Positions 60,960 to 64,000 of a stretch of 64,000 nucleotides of DNA are shown here, one piece after another. The stretch comes from Podarcis tiliguerta (Eukaryota). The position numbers were made by a program, and so were the translations under genes. The stretch lies in the NCBI GenBank assembly GCA_965153285.1, contig OZ229121.1. One strand, written 5' to 3'. The notes beneath the pieces are model-generated. The model worked only from the letters and a program-made list of their open reading frames with translations. It searched no databases and was not told the origin of the DNA. Numbering within the stretch: the stretch's first letter is position 1; each line of letters opens with the position of its first letter.

Positions 60960-61325
60960 GGGGTCGATTCTGCCAGTTTCATGTTCTCCCCGTTTCTAAT
61001 TTTCCCATATTAAATTTAGTTCTCTACATGGCTGCAGCAATTTCTGGTCAAGAAAAAAAAGAACCTTCAAGAAAATTTGTCAGCATTTTAGTTCAAATTT
61101 CTCCTGATAAACACTTTTTTTTGGTATGCTGTTTTTACTAATGTACACATTTTTTTTTTTTTTTTTGCAAGGAATGTCCATTAATAATATGCATTCTTAT
61201 GTTATTTTCACCAGTATATGCTGTTTTGGGCACACATTCCACCAAGTACATGCATTTTGTAAACATTTCTTTCCAGTAGAACTCCATTACAAACTTCACA
61301 GAACTGCGAATTTCATTAAAAGAGT
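60960..61325. repeat. Unclassified AT-rich interspersed repeat with recurring ATGCATTTT-like subunits
   Basis: Recurring AATATGCATT / TATATGCTGTTTT / ACATGCATTTTGT units; similar motifs near 30130-30170 and 56310-56345. Confidence 0.35.
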
Positions 61326-62022
61326 AACAAAAGTAAAATAAGCCTGATGAAGAGCAATACACTCAAAACATGCTGGGTAAATTTCAAAAATATATCCATT
61401 TTCTGTGGATGTTTCCCCAGGGTTGGCCCTATCATTTGGTAGTTAGGTGGCAGATGCTGCTGTGCATGGCAATGGGCAGTGAATGTTTCCATCTATCAGA
61501 GGACAAAATTGTATGTTCCATGAAACCTTCCCTGCAATCACTTAGCCAGCCTATTGCACTCGGATGCAGTCCCATTGCCAAAGTATTAACAAATAATTTC
61601 TTATTCCAGCAGGAATTTTAAGGTAGTTTTCTGTTTCCATGATAAATTTTATTTGTTCTTATTATTTGCATTGTTTTTAACATTTTATGTACGCCACTTG
61701 GATATTCTGAATAGTGTGTGGTATATAAATACCTGAAATTATCATCTGCTGGTCTGATCAGCTTGGTGCAACAGCTGGTACCCTTTGCCTCAGGCGGCAA
61801 AATTACTTGAGCCAGTGCCATTTCCCTCTGCTTCTTGCCCCCCTACCCACCAAAAAAGCGCAAGCAGGGTCAAAGTACCACCCAATTTCCCCACACCACA
61901 CCCACAGAAGACCTGCCACAGCCAATCTCTTCAATCAGAGCACTTCCCATTGCGTCAGATGTGACAATACAAGTTTTATAATGCTATCCAGTAGTCTATA
62001 TCATGGGTGTCAGGTAACACTA

Positions 62023-62258
62023 CAGTGGTACCTTGGGTTACAGGCGCTTCAGGTTACAGACGCTTTAGGTTACAGACTCCGCTAACCCAGAAATAGTACC
62101 TCGGGTTAAGAACTTTGCTTCAGGATGAGAACAGAAATCAGGCGGTGGCAGGGCAGCGGGAGGCCCCATTAGCTAAAGTGGTACCTCAGGTTAAGAACAG
62201 ATTCAGGTTAAGAACGGACCTCCAGAACAAATTAAGTTCTTAACCCAAGGTACCACTG
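62023..62258 (-). mobile_element. Tigger/pogo-like MITE, family A
   Basis: TA|CAGTGGTACCTTGGGTTA ... TAACCCAAGGTACCACTG (perfect 18-bp TIR). Confidence 0.9.
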
Positions 62259-63341
62259 AACTTTTACTTTATAAAGCTTGTGCATCATTGTTTATAATAC
62301 GCAGAGTCTTTACAGTCTGGCAAGAAGTTGTGCTGGTCTTTTTGTCTGTTTACTGCTGTCTGCTGTGCTACCTTACACAGAAATAATATCACTACAGTAT
62401 TAGTAATGGACACTGCTATTTTCCTACATGAAAAACTGCTAGTACCTTCATGATGGAAGATACATGAACACAATGGGCTCCCCCCAACCTTTTTACCACA
62501 TAAAACCTGCATGTATGCACACTGATAAAAGACGCACCCTGAATCTATGACTGTTACGTCTGACAATTTATTCATGATGTTCCCAGGTGCTGAGGAAAGT
62601 GCTTTTCTGCACAGGGAAATTATAACATCTGGCCTCATGCTGTAAACTTTATGCTGCACCTATGAAAGCGGCAACCAGAATATTCTATGTATAAGCTGAA
62701 GCGATGGTGCGAAAGATAGGGCATGATGCTTTTAAAATGGCCTCCCAAAAAATCAAGAGAAGGGAACTTTTACGACTAAAACAGTGAAGCGCTCTCCCGC
62801 AACGCCACCTGTAAGGGGCTTTGAACACCACTGAAGGCAAATGCACTCCCTTCTTGATTACTAATGCCTTCACGGTGCCACTGACCCTTTGCTCTGCCTT
62901 CTGTTTTTAATTAGCATCATTTTTCACGTAGCTCTACACATCTGCAGAGCTGTCAGGTCTCAGCCACATGCCTCCAGAGAGATTTGTACAATGCTGGAGG
63001 AAGAGTTCTGCATCTCCACCTTTTGCTTGCTTGCTTGCTCTTCCTTTACAGCCTTTCAAAGCTCCCACAACAGCTGCAGGCCTCGCCAGCAATCAACCTG
63101 GGAACAACATACAAGGTAGCATAGCTCTCAGTCAGAAAGTGCACTGCCCATTGTCCAGCGGTGACTGGTGTCCTTTGGGACTGGTAGGTTAGAAGACAGA
63201 GCGATCCGGTGCAGGTGAGGCCAGAGCCTATGACAGTCAGAGTCCCTAATGGACCAGCCTCCACTGTCACATTGCAGCAGCCTTCTATGAACAGCCCTCC
63301 AGCCACTTACGTCTTCAGCATATTGAAAAGCAAGAAATAGA

Positions 63342-63487
63342 CAGTCCTTTTTTTCTGGGGGGGACGCATACCCCTAAACATTTTGTGAATCTAAGTTTGG
63401 CCTCACTGAAGGGCAGTATTTCAATATAAGTAGGAAGATGAGAGTGCCTCTAAACATTTTTTTTTTTTTTTTAGAAAAAAAGCACTG
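63342..63487. mobile_element. 146-bp hAT-type MITE
   Basis: TIR CAGTCCTTTTTTTCT / AGAAAAAAAGCACTG. Perfect 8-bp TSD GAAATAGA at 63334-63341 and 63488-63495. Confidence 0.88.
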
Positions 63488-64000
63488 GAAATAGATATAT
63501 TTTACCAAACTCAGTTCTGTTAGTCTAAGATTGGCACCCCCACATTGGTCCTCTCCAGATGTTTTGCACTGCAAGTCTCATCAGCCCTACTCAGCACAGA
63601 GGGCCATCATTTCAATTTCCGTCTATTTCCCACAGGAAATGGTGTCTCAAGCTTTCCAGGGCATTCTGGGGGATTTTAAGCAATGCTGTGCCAAAACCTG
63701 CTATTCAATTTCTCAAATGATTTCTTCTTTGGGGCGGGGGGAGCAGCTTCTCTTTTTCTTCTTCATTCTCAGGACACATTCAGATTTCTTCAGAATTTTG
63801 GTAGGTGCAAGGTTGAGTTTACTTTATTCCTGTGAGCTAGCCTTGGGTGGTGAGTGCATTTTTCTTTCTCCAGCACTCAAAGGCCTTCCCAGCTGTCTGC
63901 TAGTCTAAAAGAGCCCCATGAGAAGAGTTATCTAACAATGTGGTCCCCACCCAATCAACAGAAATGTGGGAAGCCACCTTTAGAAGGAAAGTACATGTAA

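Noticed and set aside
29853-62258. Recurrent TTCTTAACCTGAA / TGTAACCTGAAG units as a CRISPR-like or regulatory array
   Set aside because: They are subterminal repeats inside dispersed TA-flanked MITEs in a vertebrate genome; no spacers or cas genes.
16421-62820. Possible CTCF sites (GTGCCACCTCTCGCTGG near 16421; CCACCAGGGGCA near 32182; CGCCACCTGTAAGG near 62803)
   Set aside because: Each deviates from the core motif at several positions or in spacing; cannot be called without PWM scoring or ChIP data.

Overview
Vertebrate nuclear DNA from a squamate reptile, most likely a lacertid lizard. This is inferred from several Sauria SINE copies and the accompanying MITE, CR1, L2 and RTE content. 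The only protein-coding feature I can support is the large first coding exon of PPP1R9A (neurabin-1) on the minus strand: exon about 50983-52624, ATG at 52425, 481 codons, ending in a phase-0 GT donor just after the PP1-binding KIKF motif. Its CpG-island promoter and candidate non-coding first exons lie at about 53.6-55.7 kb. Bases 1-50982 are part of one very long intron, and I did not find the next coding exon. Bases 55.7-64 kb are upstream intergenic DNA. The rest is transposon debris (tRNA-derived SINEs, CR1/L2/RTE LINE 3' fragments, TA-flanked Tc1/mariner-pogo MITEs, hAT MITEs with 8-bp TSDs, fold-back elements) and microsatellites. Nearly all other ORFs in the track are spurious. I cannot support a new biological system here. 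The leads most worth checking are a candidate in-frame 75-nt cassette or alternative first exon at 9822-9896 that would split the PP1-binding domain, a uORF-dense 5' leader (including a uORF spanning a CGG/CAG repeat), alternative first-exon donors, inverted SINE pairs in the pre-mRNA, and several cleanly resolved nested insertions. Repeat family names and cross-species comparisons come from recognition and memory, not from database searches.
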